From Spirochaetales bacterium (GTDB lineage Bacteria > Spirochaetota > GWE2-31-10): a stretch of DNA of 64,000 nt. Positions 1 through 11,322 of the stretch are shown in pieces. The stretch is from assembly GCA_017624275.1 (NCBI GenBank), contig JAGANG010000008.1:6026-70025 (forward strand). Direction: 5' to 3'. The position numbers and the translations under genes were made by a program. The notes under the pieces are model-generated. The model made no database searches. It was not told where the DNA came from and saw only the letters and a program-made list of their open reading frames with translations. Numbering within the stretch: position 1 is the first letter of the stretch; each line of letters opens with the position of its first letter.

Positions 1-125
1 GGCATTCCGTAAGGATAACCGTTGTCACCTAAGACAGAAAGTACACCGCGTTTTTCACTGGTAAGAATTTTTATACATTCATCAAAAGGAAGTTCTTTGT
101 CTTTTCTAACAAGTTCTCTAAACAT
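1..125 (-). CDS. Pyridoxamine 5'-phosphate oxidase / Nim-like (nitroimidazole reductase family) protein; 5' part only, runs off the window
   Basis: Manual translation from ATG at 125 gives MFRELVRKDKELPFDECIKILTSEKRGVLSVLGDNGYPYGMP, matching the MFRE..R...GVL...GD.GYPY.VP N-terminus of this family. Not in the ORF track. Confidence 0.75.
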   Translation of the reverse strand, partial: MFRELVRKDKELPFDECIKILTSEKRGVLSVLGDNGYPYGM

Positions 126-126
126 T

Positions 127-393
127 TTATTTCCTGTTTTGTTCAATCCATTTGACCGCAAAGTCTACGAGCTCTCTTTGTTTCATCAGTTTGATAAATC
201 CGTTTCCTAAATCGACTTTTTGTACATTGCAGTTTTGTTCAAAAGCTTCTCCGATTTGCTCAAAGTCTTCTCCGTCAACGAACAAAGTTTCGTAGGCTTT
301 CCAAACACGTTTACCGTTTTCCATAATCGCACTGTGTTCTATACAGTTGTGTTTTCCGGGGTAAGCGGCACGTGCATCAACTAAATGAAGCAA
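127..393 (-). pseudogene. C-terminal fragment of an AAC(3)/YokD-family N-acetyltransferase
   Basis: 71 of 86 residues (hand count) match the C-terminus of the ORF at 63443-64000. The N-terminal part is absent and the thi promoter starts immediately beyond it. Confidence 0.75.
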
Positions 394-400
394 GAATAAT

Positions 401-429
401 TTGACGAATAGTTTTTACGGTGGTATATT
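401..429 (+). promoter_or_regulatory. Sigma70-type promoter of the thi operon
   Basis: TTGACG (401-406), 17-nt spacer, TG-extended TATATT (424-429), just upstream of the riboswitch. Confidence 0.7.
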
Positions 430-437
430 CACCTAAG

Positions 438-525
438 ACATGGGGAGCTTGTGTTACAGGCTGAGAGGAAAGTAAAACTTTCGACCCTTATACCTGATTT
501 GGATAATGCCAACGTAGGAAAACTT
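438..525 (+). ncRNA. TPP riboswitch (THI box)
   Basis: GGGGAGC...GGCTGAGA...GACCCTTATACCTGATTTGGATAATGCCAACGTAGGAA matches the TPP aptamer core; lies upstream of thiamine genes. Confidence 0.95.
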
Positions 526-543
526 AAGTACTCATGACATCGG

Positions 544-580
544 TGGGAAGTTGCTTATTTGGCATCTTCCCATTTTTTTT
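544..580 (+). terminator. Riboswitch attenuator terminator
   Basis: TGGGAAGTTGC-loop-GCATCTTCCCA stem followed by T8, between the aptamer and thiS. Confidence 0.85.
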
Positions 581-593
581 GTCGGAGTAGTAA

Positions 594-788
594 ATGGTAA
601 AAATCAATTCTAAATTCGTTGATATCCAAAATACCTCATTGCAAGAATTTATTGTCAATGCAGGCTACAATATCAACCGCATCGCCGTTGAAATAAACGG
701 CAACATTATCCCAAAAAATAAATATGGAACCACGCAAATTATCGACGGCGACGAAGTGGAGATTGTACACTTTGTAGGCGGAGGCTAG
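594..788 (+). CDS. thiS: Sulfur carrier protein ThiS
   Basis: 64 aa, C-terminal EIVHFVGGG. Confidence 0.95.
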   Translation: MVKINSKFVDIQNTSLQEFIVNAGYNINRIAVEINGNIIPKNKYGTTQIIDGDEVEIVHFVGGG

Positions 789-794
789 AACATC

Positions 795-1421
795 ATGACA
801 AAATCTGAATATGAAAACGTGTGTAAAAAGCATTTCGGCGATGATTTTTTTTACAAGCTCAACAATGCAAAAGTTGCCGTTGCCGGGTTGGGCGGATTAG
901 GATCACACATTGCCGTAATGCTTGCCAGAAGTTGTATCGGGACATTACATCTTATCGATTTTGACAATGTTGATATCAGCAATCTCAATCGGCAAGAATT
1001 TTATCTGCAACATATCGGGCGACCTAAAACCGAATGTCTGAAAGAAAAGCTTTTAGATATTAACCCGTTTCTAAATATTATCACTGACAATATAAAGGTC
1101 ACTGTTGATAATATGGAAAGTCTTTTTTCTGATGAGAAAATTGTTTGTGAAGCTTTTGACGATCCGGAACAAAAAGCAATGCTTGTGAATGGTTTGCTTT
1201 CGTTATTTCCGGATATAAAATTGATAGCCGGTTCGGGAATGGCAGGTTGTGCAGATGCCAATTTGATAAAAACACGTAAAGTCTTTCGCAATTTTTATAT
1301 TTGCGGAGATGAAGAAAACGGAATTAAAAATCATTCACCATTGATGGCTGCCAGAGTAAGTGTCTGTGCTGGTCATCAGGCAAATAAAGTAATTCAACTT
1401 ATTTTAGATAAAGGAGTTTAA
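795..1421 (+). CDS. thiF: ThiS adenylyltransferase ThiF (short type)
   Basis: [20 protein letters not shown] motifs and operon context. Confidence 0.9.
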   Translation: MTKSEYENVCKKHFGDDFFYKLNNAKVAVAGLGGLGSHIAVMLARSCIGTLHLIDFDNVDISNLNRQEFYLQHIGRPKTECLKEKLLDINPFLNIITDNIKVTVDNMESLFSDEKIVCEAFDDPEQKAMLVNGLLSLFPDIKLIAGSGMAGCADANLIKTRKVFRNFYICGDEENGIKNHSPLMAARVSVCAGHQANKVIQLILDKGV

Positions 1422-1425
1422 AATT

Positions 1426-2190
1426 ATGACAAATGATAAATTGATAATCGGAGGACATGAATTTACATCAAGATTTATTCTGGGGTCCGGAAAATACAAC
1501 CTTAACCTGATAGAAGCCGCAATTAAAAACGCCGGAGCTCAAATCATCACATTGGCATTACGCCGAGCAAATACCGACAGTAACGAAAATATTTTAGATT
1601 ATATTCCAAAAGGAATTACGCTTTTACCAAACACATCCGGAGCAAGAACTGCCGACGAAGCAGTAAGAATTGCTCGATTGGCTCGTGAAATCGGCTGCGG
1701 TAACTTTATAAAAATAGAAGTAATTCGAGACTCAAAATATCTTCTTCCGGACAATCCGGAAACCGTAAAGGCAACGGAAATCTTAGCCAAAGAAGGTTTT
1801 ATCGTACTGCCGTATATGTATCCGGATTTGAACACCGCAAGAGATTTAGTCAATGCCGGAGCCGCAGCCGTAATGCCTTTAGCTGCACCGATCGGCTCGA
1901 ATAAAGGTTTGGTTACAAAAGAGTTTATCAAAATATTAATAGAAGAAATTTCTTTGCCTATCATAGTCGATGCCGGAATCGGTCGTCCGTCACAAGCCTG
2001 CGAAGTAATGGAAATGGGAGCTGCGGCAGTGATGGCAAATACTGCCATTGCCACAGCCGGAGATATTCCGGCAATGGCTGAAGCTTTTTCCAAAGCTATT
2101 CAAGCCGGACGAACTGCATATTTATCCGGACTGGGACGTGTAATCGATAATGCAAGTGCATCATCGCCGTTGACTGATTTTTTAAACTAA
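1426..2190 (+). CDS. thiG: Thiazole synthase
   Basis: [41 protein letters not shown] motifs. Confidence 0.97.
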   Translation: MTNDKLIIGGHEFTSRFILGSGKYNLNLIEAAIKNAGAQIITLALRRANTDSNENILDYIPKGITLLPNTSGARTADEAVRIARLAREIGCGNFIKIEVIRDSKYLLPDNPETVKATEILAKEGFIVLPYMYPDLNTARDLVNAGAAAVMPLAAPIGSNKGLVTKEFIKILIEEISLPIIVDAGIGRPSQACEVMEMGAAAVMANTAIATAGDIPAMAEAFSKAIQAGRTAYLSGLGRVIDNASASSPLTDFLN

Positions 2191-2210
2191 CAAATTTGCA
2201 AGGATTTTCT

Positions 2211-3425
2211 ATGTCAGAAAAAATAAATGAAACCATTTTAAATGAAGAAATAAAAAAAGAGCAGCAAAAAGAACATTCCGACATTATGCAATATCTTCCG
2301 GATATGGAAATATTAAAAGACAGCAATATAATGGAAGAAACTTTAAATGCCGTAAAAAATTTTGATTATCACAAATATACAGCTGATGATGTAAAAGCTG
2401 CATTATCCGCCGAAAATTGTACTCCGAAAGATTTTGCGGTACTCCTTTCTCCGGCGGCAGAAGATTTTATTGAAGAAATTGCACACAAATCTACTCTGGA
2501 AACTCGCAAACATTTCGGGAACAGCGTTTATCTTTTTACGCCGCTGTATATTTCAAACTATTGCGAAAATTTTTGCATTTACTGCGGTTTCAATTGTCAC
2601 AATAAAATATCTCGTGCAAAACTGGACTTGGAAGGAATTGAACGGGAAATGAAAGCAATTTCTGAAAAAGGACTGGAGGAAATTCTGATTCTTACCGGGG
2701 AAAGCAGAAAAATGTCCGACGTAAAATATATCGGCGAAGCTTGTAAAATTGCACGAAAATATTTCAAAATGGTAGGAATCGAAGTTTATCCGATGAATAC
2801 AAATGAATACAAATATTTACACGAATGCGGTGTAGATTACGTTACTGTATTTCAAGAAACTTATAACCCGGAAAAATATAAAAATATTCATCTTGCCGGT
2901 CACAAAAGAGTTTATCCGTACCGTTTTGATTCTCAAGAACGAGCAATTCGTGCCGGAATGCGAGGTGTCGCATTTGCTGCACTTTTGGGACTTGATGATT
3001 TTAGAAAAGACGCATTTGCTACAGGAATTCACGCTTATCTTCTTCAAAAAAAATATCCTCATATAGAAATTTCTTTTTCATGCCCAAGACTTCGCCCGAT
3101 TATCAACAATGAAAAAATTAATCCGATGGATGTACGGGAAAAACAACTTTTACAAGTCATGATGGCTTACAGAATTTTTATGCCCTTTGCGGGAATGACA
3201 ATTTCTACACGGGAGCGAAAAGATTTCCGTGATAACGTTATCGGACTTGCCGCTACAAAAATTTCAGCATCGGTTGATACGGGAATAGGAAATCATACCA
3301 ATGATAAAAGTGATAAAGGCGACAATCAATTTGAAATTGCCGACGGTCGAACAGTTGACGAAGTTGTAAATGCAATAAAATCACGTGGATTACAACCGGT
3401 AATGAACGATTATCTTTATGTATAA
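2211..3425 (+). CDS. thiH: 2-iminoacetate synthase (radical SAM) ThiH
   Basis: PLYISNYCENFCIYCGF (CxxxCxxC), FQETY, ISTRE, QFEI.D.R. Start moved to ATG 2211. Confidence 0.93.
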   Translation: MSEKINETILNEEIKKEQQKEHSDIMQYLPDMEILKDSNIMEETLNAVKNFDYHKYTADDVKAALSAENCTPKDFAVLLSPAAEDFIEEIAHKSTLETRKHFGNSVYLFTPLYISNYCENFCIYCGFNCHNKISRAKLDLEGIEREMKAISEKGLEEILILTGESRKMSDVKYIGEACKIARKYFKMVGIEVYPMNTNEYKYLHECGVDYVTVFQETYNPEKYKNIHLAGHKRVYPYRFDSQERAIRAGMRGVAFAALLGLDDFRKDAFATGIHAYLLQKKYPHIEISFSCPRLRPIINNEKINPMDVREKQLLQVMMAYRIFMPFAGMTISTRERKDFRDNVIGLAATKISASVDTGIGNHTNDKSDKGDNQFEIADGRTVDEVVNAIKSRGLQPVMNDYLYV

Positions 3426-3999
3426 AAAAATAGCTGTCAGTAACAGAAAAATCTTTTTCTCTCATCACACAAAATCTTCAACGACAGATTTCGTCAATCA
3501 TTTGGCGGAACTCTGCAAAATTGTGGATTTTATAATATTGAGAGAAAAAGATTTATCTTTGACCGATTATAAAAAATTGGCGTCAACGGTAATTAATCGA
3601 TGTAACGGGAAAAAAACTCAAGTCATTTTGCATTCTCATATCGATTGTTGTCATGAGTTGAATTATAAAAAAATACATTTGCCATTACCGATATTCACTG
3701 AAAATCTGAAAATGTTAAAAGATTTTGAAACTGTGGGAGTTTCTGTTCATTCATTGGAACAGGCAATTTTTGCAGAAAAAAACAATGCTTCGTATATTAT
3801 CTACAGTCATATTTTTCAAACTGATTGTAAAAAAGACTTACCGCCTAAGGGGCTTTCTGCACTGAAAGAGATTTGTGATTCGATAAATATTCCGGTTTAT
3901 GCACTCGGCGGAATCACCGATGAAAATGAGTCATCGGTGATTGCTGCCGGAGTTTCGGGAACATGCCGAATGTCTGATTACATGGTAAAAAACATTTAA
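3418..3999 (+). CDS. Thiamine phosphate synthase / TenI family protein
   Basis: ILREKDL, SVHS, HIFQTDCK, VYALGGI; last gene of the thi operon. ThiE versus TenI not resolved. Confidence 0.8.
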   Translation: MYKKIAVSNRKIFFSHHTKSSTTDFVNHLAELCKIVDFIILREKDLSLTDYKKLASTVINRCNGKKTQVILHSHIDCCHELNYKKIHLPLPIFTENLKMLKDFETVGVSVHSLEQAIFAEKNNASYIIYSHIFQTDCKKDLPPKGLSALKEICDSINIPVYALGGITDENESSVIAAGVSGTCRMSDYMVKNI

Positions 4000-4006
4000 T
4001 TATATT

Positions 4007-4951
4007 TTATACAGACAATCCGAATGTTTCTTCACATCCGAGCATTATATTCATACATTGAACCGCTGCACCGGAAGCACCTTTGCCCAAATTGTCAAAG
4101 CATGCCGAAATACTGATTCTTTCATCATTACCGGCAACATATATTTCCATAAAATCAAATCCAGCCAATTTATTAGCCGGTAAAAAGCCGTCTTCAGTTC
4201 CGGTTTCAACAAACGGCATAATTCTGACCATATTTGAACCACTGTAATATTCCGCAAGTATTTCCTGAAGATTTTGTGCTGTAATTTTCTTTGCCAAAAG
4301 TTCTGTTTGTAACGGAATATTCACTATCATTCCGCAATAATAATCACATACAAAAGGTTGAAAATTTGGTTTTGATTTCAAACCGGGTATAGCTTGCATT
4401 TCTTTTAAATGTTTGTGCATTTGTCCCATGGCATACAATCTCGGTGCATCAAAAGCTTTTTCTCTGCCTGCATCTTCATATTGTGCAATAGCTTTTTTTC
4501 CTGCTCCGGAATAACCGGATACCGCATTACAAGCAAACATATAATCATTTGAAACAATTCCCAGTTTTACCAACGGATAGACAATCGACATAAAACCGCT
4601 TGCATAACATCCGGGAACGGCTACTCTTTTTCCTGTAGCTATAGCCTCACGATGTTGTTTGGAAAGTTCCGGGAAACCATAAGCCCAATCGGGTAAAGTT
4701 CTGTGAGCTGTAGAAGCATCGATAATGCGAACATTGGGATTTTCAACTAATGAAACAGCCTCTACGGCAGCAGCATCAGGTAAACACAAAAAAGTTATAT
4801 CCGATTCATTAATAAACTTTTTTCGAACTTCCGGGTCTTTTCTTTGTTCTGACGGGATTTTTAATAATTCTATATCTGTACGATTTTGAAATCGTTCAAA
4901 AATTCGCAGTCCGGTAGTACCCTCGCTGCCGTCGATAAAAATTTTTGCCAT
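4007..4951 (-). CDS. argC: N-acetyl-gamma-glutamyl-phosphate reductase (short type)
   Basis: IFIDGSEGTTG, DASTAHRT, YGFPEL, PGCY, DNLGKGASGAAVQ. Confidence 0.95.
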   Translation of the reverse strand: MAKIFIDGSEGTTGLRIFERFQNRTDIELLKIPSEQRKDPEVRKKFINESDITFLCLPDAAAVEAVSLVENPNVRIIDASTAHRTLPDWAYGFPELSKQHREAIATGKRVAVPGCYASGFMSIVYPLVKLGIVSNDYMFACNAVSGYSGAGKKAIAQYEDAGREKAFDAPRLYAMGQMHKHLKEMQAIPGLKSKPNFQPFVCDYYCGMIVNIPLQTELLAKKITAQNLQEILAEYYSGSNMVRIMPFVETGTEDGFLPANKLAGFDFMEIYVAGNDERISISACFDNLGKGASGAAVQCMNIMLGCEETFGLSV

Positions 4952-5022
4952 AATAAACACTCTTTTAAATTAAAAATTTTGGGTAGACTACTCTTAAAAG
5001 AGAACAAAATCAACAAAATAAT

Positions 5023-5060
5023 AAAAAAAACGGCAATTATAATTACTTATAACTGCCGTC
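5023..5060 (-). terminator. Intrinsic terminator after the DUF3795-like gene
   Basis: ACGGCAATTATAA / TTATAACTGCCGT stem with a T8 tract on the minus strand. Confidence 0.65.
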
Positions 5061-5066
5061 TTATAA

Positions 5067-5405
5067 TTAAAAAATCATCAAATTTGGAATTTCTTTTTTT
5101 ATTCCGCACTCTTCGTTTTTACTGCATTCTCGACAATAGTTTATTTCTTTGTCTTTGCAACAAAAACAAATCGGACATTCACTTATATGCACAAAGCGTT
5201 TTAGTGAAGTACAGCCCTCACATCTTAATTCGTTTTGTGCAATATTCACACCTAAACGTTCAGAAACAATCTTCTCAAGTTCCGCATCATCTTTTAATTG
5301 CCTATAAAAAAGCTTGCATTCAGCACAACATTTTCCGCAAGCTCCTTCCAATTCAGCATCATGCGAATTTGCAGAAACTCCGAGGATTTTTAAATCCTCT
5401 TTCAA
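5067..5405 (-). CDS. Cys-rich DUF3795-like protein
   Basis: ACG.CC..C, CEGC, CPI..CC..K....C.EC pattern; its start overlaps the stop of the upstream gene (ATGA). Confidence 0.7.
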   Translation of the reverse strand: MKEDLKILGVSANSHDAELEGACGKCCAECKLFYRQLKDDAELEKIVSERLGVNIAQNELRCEGCTSLKRFVHISECPICFCCKDKEINYCRECSKNEECGIKKEIPNLMIF

Positions 5406-7204
5406 TTACTGCCTCCGGACAATTCAGAAAGTTTTTCGATATTAGTAGAAATTGTTTCCATAATTTCATAGAAATTACCGTAAACTTCACTTACGTTATT
5501 CAAGTCCTCTATTACAATATTTCCCTTATCATTAATTTGATTAATTCTTTCAATCAAATCACTTACCATCGGAGTAACTTTTTCTACCTCCATAGCTGTC
5601 TGTTCGGAAAGTTTATCTACTTCATGTGCAACTATCGCAAATCCGGCTCCGACTTCTCCGGCTCGTGCAGCTTCTATTGACGCATTTACAGACAATAAGT
5701 GAGTTTGGTCGGAAATATCGGTAATAGCAGAAACTATCGGAGTAAAGTTTTCCGCCACTTTTAACAAATCATCATTAGAAACTTTAACATTTCCCATTGC
5801 GTCTCTTGTCAATGAGAAAGAGTTATTTATTTCTGCAAAAATCGCTTTAATATTGTCTACGTTCTCTTTAATCTTTCCTAAAGTAAGATTCAATTCAGAA
5901 ACCCATTGAAGTCTTTCTTTTTGTTCTTTACGCAAACGTTTTTCGATAGTAAACATACAGTTATCTACGTTATTAATTCCCAATACGATAGCTTTTGCCA
6001 TATCTTCACATGTATCGTATCCGCAGTGACCGCAGTTAAGGAAGTCTCTTTCTTCTTCTTTTTCCAACTTTCTGTATGTATCTTCGATATTTTCTTTAGA
6101 AACTACAATTTCCGTATTCTTATAAGATTTTCTTGAATATCTTCTCTCAAACGGATTATTTTCTACTTCTTGAATAAGTTTCGAACGTTGTTTCATAAAA
6201 TTGTTGACTGAACCATATTTCTTTTGTTGTTCTTCGACTCTTCGATTTAATACATCATCAACTTCATCCTGTGACAATGAATGCAATGCTGCCGGACCGA
6301 AACAACAGCCTTTTTCACAATTTAGAATATCAACAATCAACGGAACTGTTTTATTTGCACGTATATTATTTGATAATTCTTTTAAATATTCAGAATAGAT
6401 AATAGGACCTTCAATCTTACGGATTTTAGTCGGTGCCAAATCCAAATCTCGCATTACGGTTTCTTTCAAACCGCCGGGACGACAAAATACTACGGCTCGT
6501 TCTGCTTCAAAACTGTCAAAATCACCATCGGCAAATGTTCCTAAATCAAAACCTTTGGAAGTAATGTAACGCTCTAAACTTTTATATGTCAGATTGTAAT
6601 TAATATAATTATTAGTATTCGGATCTTTAAATTCCGCACTTTTGGCAATACAAGGTCCTAAGAAGGCAATCTCACCGGTAAATCCTGTAAAATCTCGCAA
6701 ATAACGAGCCGTAGCCATAGCCGGACTGTCTACAGGAGCAAGATATTTCAATAAATCCTGACGATAAAGTTCCAAATAACGAACTACAGCCGGACAAGGT
6801 TGAGCTATTACACATTTAGGCTTGTTATTGCGAATGTATTCTTCATATTTTATTACAGTTAATTCCGCACCGAAACTTACGTCATATACAAAATCAGCTT
6901 TCAGTTGTTTCTTGAGGAAAGTAATTATTTTCTTATAATCATCACCCCATGAAGCTGCAACTGCCGGAGCAACAATAAATGCTACTTCCTTATGAGAGTT
7001 GGAAACAAACTCATCAAAATCATCAACAAAATATCTGGCTTCATGATCACAAGCTTCAATACACTGCCCACAAAAAATACATCCTTCATGAACAATTGAA
7101 ACGTGTTCATTACTCGACCCATCATTACATAATTTCACCGGACAAACTGCAATGCACTTGTGGCAATTAACACATTTTTCAGGATCTATTTTTACCAACT
7201 CCAT
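5402..7204 (-). CDS. Soluble [FeFe]-hydrogenase-like sensor fused to an MCP signalling domain (group C, chemotactic type)
   Basis: Two CxxCxxCxxxC ferredoxin motifs; APAVA, AQPCP, GPCIAK..E, LNCEKGC H-domain motifs; CGHCGYDTC FeS domain; [30 protein letters not shown] hairpin; no TM segment. Confidence 0.85.
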   Translation of the reverse strand: MELVKIDPEKCVNCHKCIAVCPVKLCNDGSSNEHVSIVHEGCIFCGQCIEACDHEARYFVDDFDEFVSNSHKEVAFIVAPAVAASWGDDYKKIITFLKKQLKADFVYDVSFGAELTVIKYEEYIRNNKPKCVIAQPCPAVVRYLELYRQDLLKYLAPVDSPAMATARYLRDFTGFTGEIAFLGPCIAKSAEFKDPNTNNYINYNLTYKSLERYITSKGFDLGTFADGDFDSFEAERAVVFCRPGGLKETVMRDLDLAPTKIRKIEGPIIYSEYLKELSNNIRANKTVPLIVDILNCEKGCCFGPAALHSLSQDEVDDVLNRRVEEQQKKYGSVNNFMKQRSKLIQEVENNPFERRYSRKSYKNTEIVVSKENIEDTYRKLEKEEERDFLNCGHCGYDTCEDMAKAIVLGINNVDNCMFTIEKRLRKEQKERLQWVSELNLTLGKIKENVDNIKAIFAEINNSFSLTRDAMGNVKVSNDDLLKVAENFTPIVSAITDISDQTHLLSVNASIEAARAGEVGAGFAIVAHEVDKLSEQTAMEVEKVTPMVSDLIERINQINDKGNIVIEDLNNVSEVYGNFYEIMETISTNIEKLSELSGGSN

Positions 7205-7393
7205 ATTTTTCCATCCTTTGTTATCAATATTTTGTTTATATAAATGGCTCTTTCTATAATTGAAAAGATAAAACTATTTTAAAAATAAATAGCTACCGTT
7301 AATCATCGTCAAAAAAAGCTAATAATCAACTAAAAACATCAGAAAAAATTAATTCACGGCAATCTTTCATTGTTTTTTAGAACTTTCGGTAAT

Positions 7394-7443
7394 AAAAAAA
7401 GTGTATCGCCAAAAATTTGTTTCCAACTTTTGGGATACACTTT
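7394..7443 (-). terminator. Intrinsic terminator after gyrB
   Basis: AAAGTGTATC..CCAAAA / TTTTGG GATACACTTT stem with a minus-strand T tract. Confidence 0.6.
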
Positions 7444-7474
7444 ATATCTTTTTCATTAAATGATTTATTGCTGA

Positions 7475-9427
<1,953 letters not shown>

Positions 9428-9480
9428 TTATTCCTGTTTCTTTAATTTTTTATAAGAATTTTCTGATGAAAATTTTTGCC

Positions 9481-9509
9481 AATATATGAAAAAATGCGAT
9501 AAAAGTCAA
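9481..9509 (-). promoter_or_regulatory. Sigma70-type promoter of gyrB
   Basis: Minus strand reads TTGACT-tttatcgcattttttca (17 nt)-TATATT. Confidence 0.7.
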
Positions 9510-9562
9510 GGTTAGCGACAGACGCAAATCCCCCTGTAAAAGGCTTTTATCTGGATAAAAAC

Positions 9563-11224
9563 TCACTCTTTCATTAATCCGGAATATCTAAAAATTTGAC
9601 GCTTCAATGCGGTTTCAAAAACAGATTTTTTACCTATTACGGTTACTCGTTCTTTTGCACGGGTAACTCCGGTATAAAGAATCTCTCGTGACAACAACGG
9701 GCTGTTTTCTTCCCACGGTAAAATTATGAATACGCTTTTATATTCACTTCCTTGACTTTTATGAATCGTCACTGCGAATGCAGTTTCATAATTACCGTCA
9801 AGTAAGCGAAGTGAAATTTCTTCTTTATCCGGAACCGCCAATGTTTTATCTTTGTGACCTTGCAGCCAGCCGGAATCACCGTTAAATAAATTTTGTTCAT
9901 ACAGATTACCGGTTACCATTATCGGCGTTCCTTCCCGTTGATATCCGAAATCACTTTCAAGTATATTATTTATATTTTTACAGCCCCAAAAACCGCTTCT
10001 GTTTACCGTAAGTATTTTAGTTTGATTTTGTGATTCCGCATTAGGTACAAAATCAGTCGTTTCAAGATAGTCTCTAAGGAAATTACGCATAAAAGCAAAC
10101 GCATCTTTTTCATTCTCAGGTAAGTTTATAAAATTAATCACTCCGGTTTTATCCGAGCAAAAATCTTCCGCCACACCGAAATCGCCGCTCTTAATCTTTT
10201 TAAAAACATTACGCATTATTTCATTTTCCGTTCTGCGTGTAATATCCAATCGTACAATATGCGAATTGAGTTTGCTGCTCCATTGTGCATTATCGCAATT
10301 ATCATCTTGTACCATATCTGCCAAAACAGCCCCGGCATCCACCGACGGCAATTGATTATTATCTCCCAGTAAAATAAGTCTTGTATCAACAGCAGCAGCA
10401 GCAAGTAACGCCGAAAAAAGATGTATATCAATCATTGAAATCTCATCAACCAAAATCAAATCATAAGGTAACGGATTTTCATGATTATATTTCGGCGTTA
10501 CGGAATTCCGAGTAATTCCCAAAAGTCTATGCAATGTTTGTCCGGATAATACCGACAATTCTTCACCGGCAGAAAGAGATTCTTCCAGCCGCTTTGCTGC
10601 TTTTCCTGTCGGTGCCGCAAGTGCTATTTTCCAATCCGGATGTAAACGCAACATTTTTTTTATCATACGAGCGGCTGTATAAGTTTTTCCGGTTCCCGGC
10701 CCGCCTGTTACAATAAGAAAATTCTTTTGTTCTACCAGTCGAACTGCTTTTTTTTGCATAGGCTCAAGACCATCTTCTTCCGGGCAATCGATATTTTGTA
10801 CATTTTCGCTGTCGGAGATTTCGAAACGCTTTTTCAAATTATTACGCAAAAGCTCTTCCGATTTCCAACATCTGTAAAAATATAAAAGATGTTCTCCGTT
10901 CTTTAAAGTTCTGAGAACCAGCGGCAAAAAAAGCGTATTTTCACCGCAAGCTTTTGCAGTTACTCCGGAAAATTTATCTGATATAAAAAGCTTTTTTCCG
11001 GTACTAAAAATATTACTCCATTCTTGCGGCAGTTGGATTTCTTCATTACCGGCACTAAAAGGCAAACACAAAGAACCTTTTGAAAATTGCAAAAATAAAA
11101 CTGCCAGTACACAACAAAATTCAACCTTATCATCACCCGAATTATTTATTTCCCATAAATCTTCAATTGTTTGTCTGTCCAATTCTGATAGTTGCAATGT
11201 ATCGTAAAGTAATTGAAGTTCCAT
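9563..11224 (-). CDS. recD: RecD-like SF1B helicase (exonuclease V alpha type)
   Basis: TGGPGTGKT, APTGKAA, TLHRLLG, VDEISM, GD.NQLPSVDAG, TIHKSQGSE, YTGVTRA. Start moved to ATG 11224. Confidence 0.85.
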   Translation of the reverse strand: MELQLLYDTLQLSELDRQTIEDLWEINNSGDDKVEFCCVLAVLFLQFSKGSLCLPFSAGNEEIQLPQEWSNIFSTGKKLFISDKFSGVTAKACGENTLFLPLVLRTLKNGEHLLYFYRCWKSEELLRNNLKKRFEISDSENVQNIDCPEEDGLEPMQKKAVRLVEQKNFLIVTGGPGTGKTYTAARMIKKMLRLHPDWKIALAAPTGKAAKRLEESLSAGEELSVLSGQTLHRLLGITRNSVTPKYNHENPLPYDLILVDEISMIDIHLFSALLAAAAVDTRLILLGDNNQLPSVDAGAVLADMVQDDNCDNAQWSSKLNSHIVRLDITRRTENEIMRNVFKKIKSGDFGVAEDFCSDKTGVINFINLPENEKDAFAFMRNFLRDYLETTDFVPNAESQNQTKILTVNRSGFWGCKNINNILESDFGYQREGTPIMVTGNLYEQNLFNGDSGWLQGHKDKTLAVPDKEEISLRLLDGNYETAFAVTIHKSQGSEYKSVFIILPWEENSPLLSREILYTGVTRAKERVTVIGKKSVFETALKRQIFRYSGLMKE

Positions 11225-11322
11225 TATGCCCTCGCTGTTTAATTTTTTAAAGAATACTTTATACAACAAACTAAGTTATATTGTGTTATAAAAATATTTC
11301 GATTTTTATCAAAGGGAAAATC

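Noticed and set aside
4886-5680. 264-aa plus-strand ORF
   Set aside because: It is an antisense shadow of argC, the DUF3795-like gene and the MCP domain, and spans a terminator.
7205-7400. Sigma28 promoter for the chemoreceptor genes (also checked 20915-21080)
   Set aside because: No correctly spaced TAAA-N15-GCCGATAA match on the coding strand.
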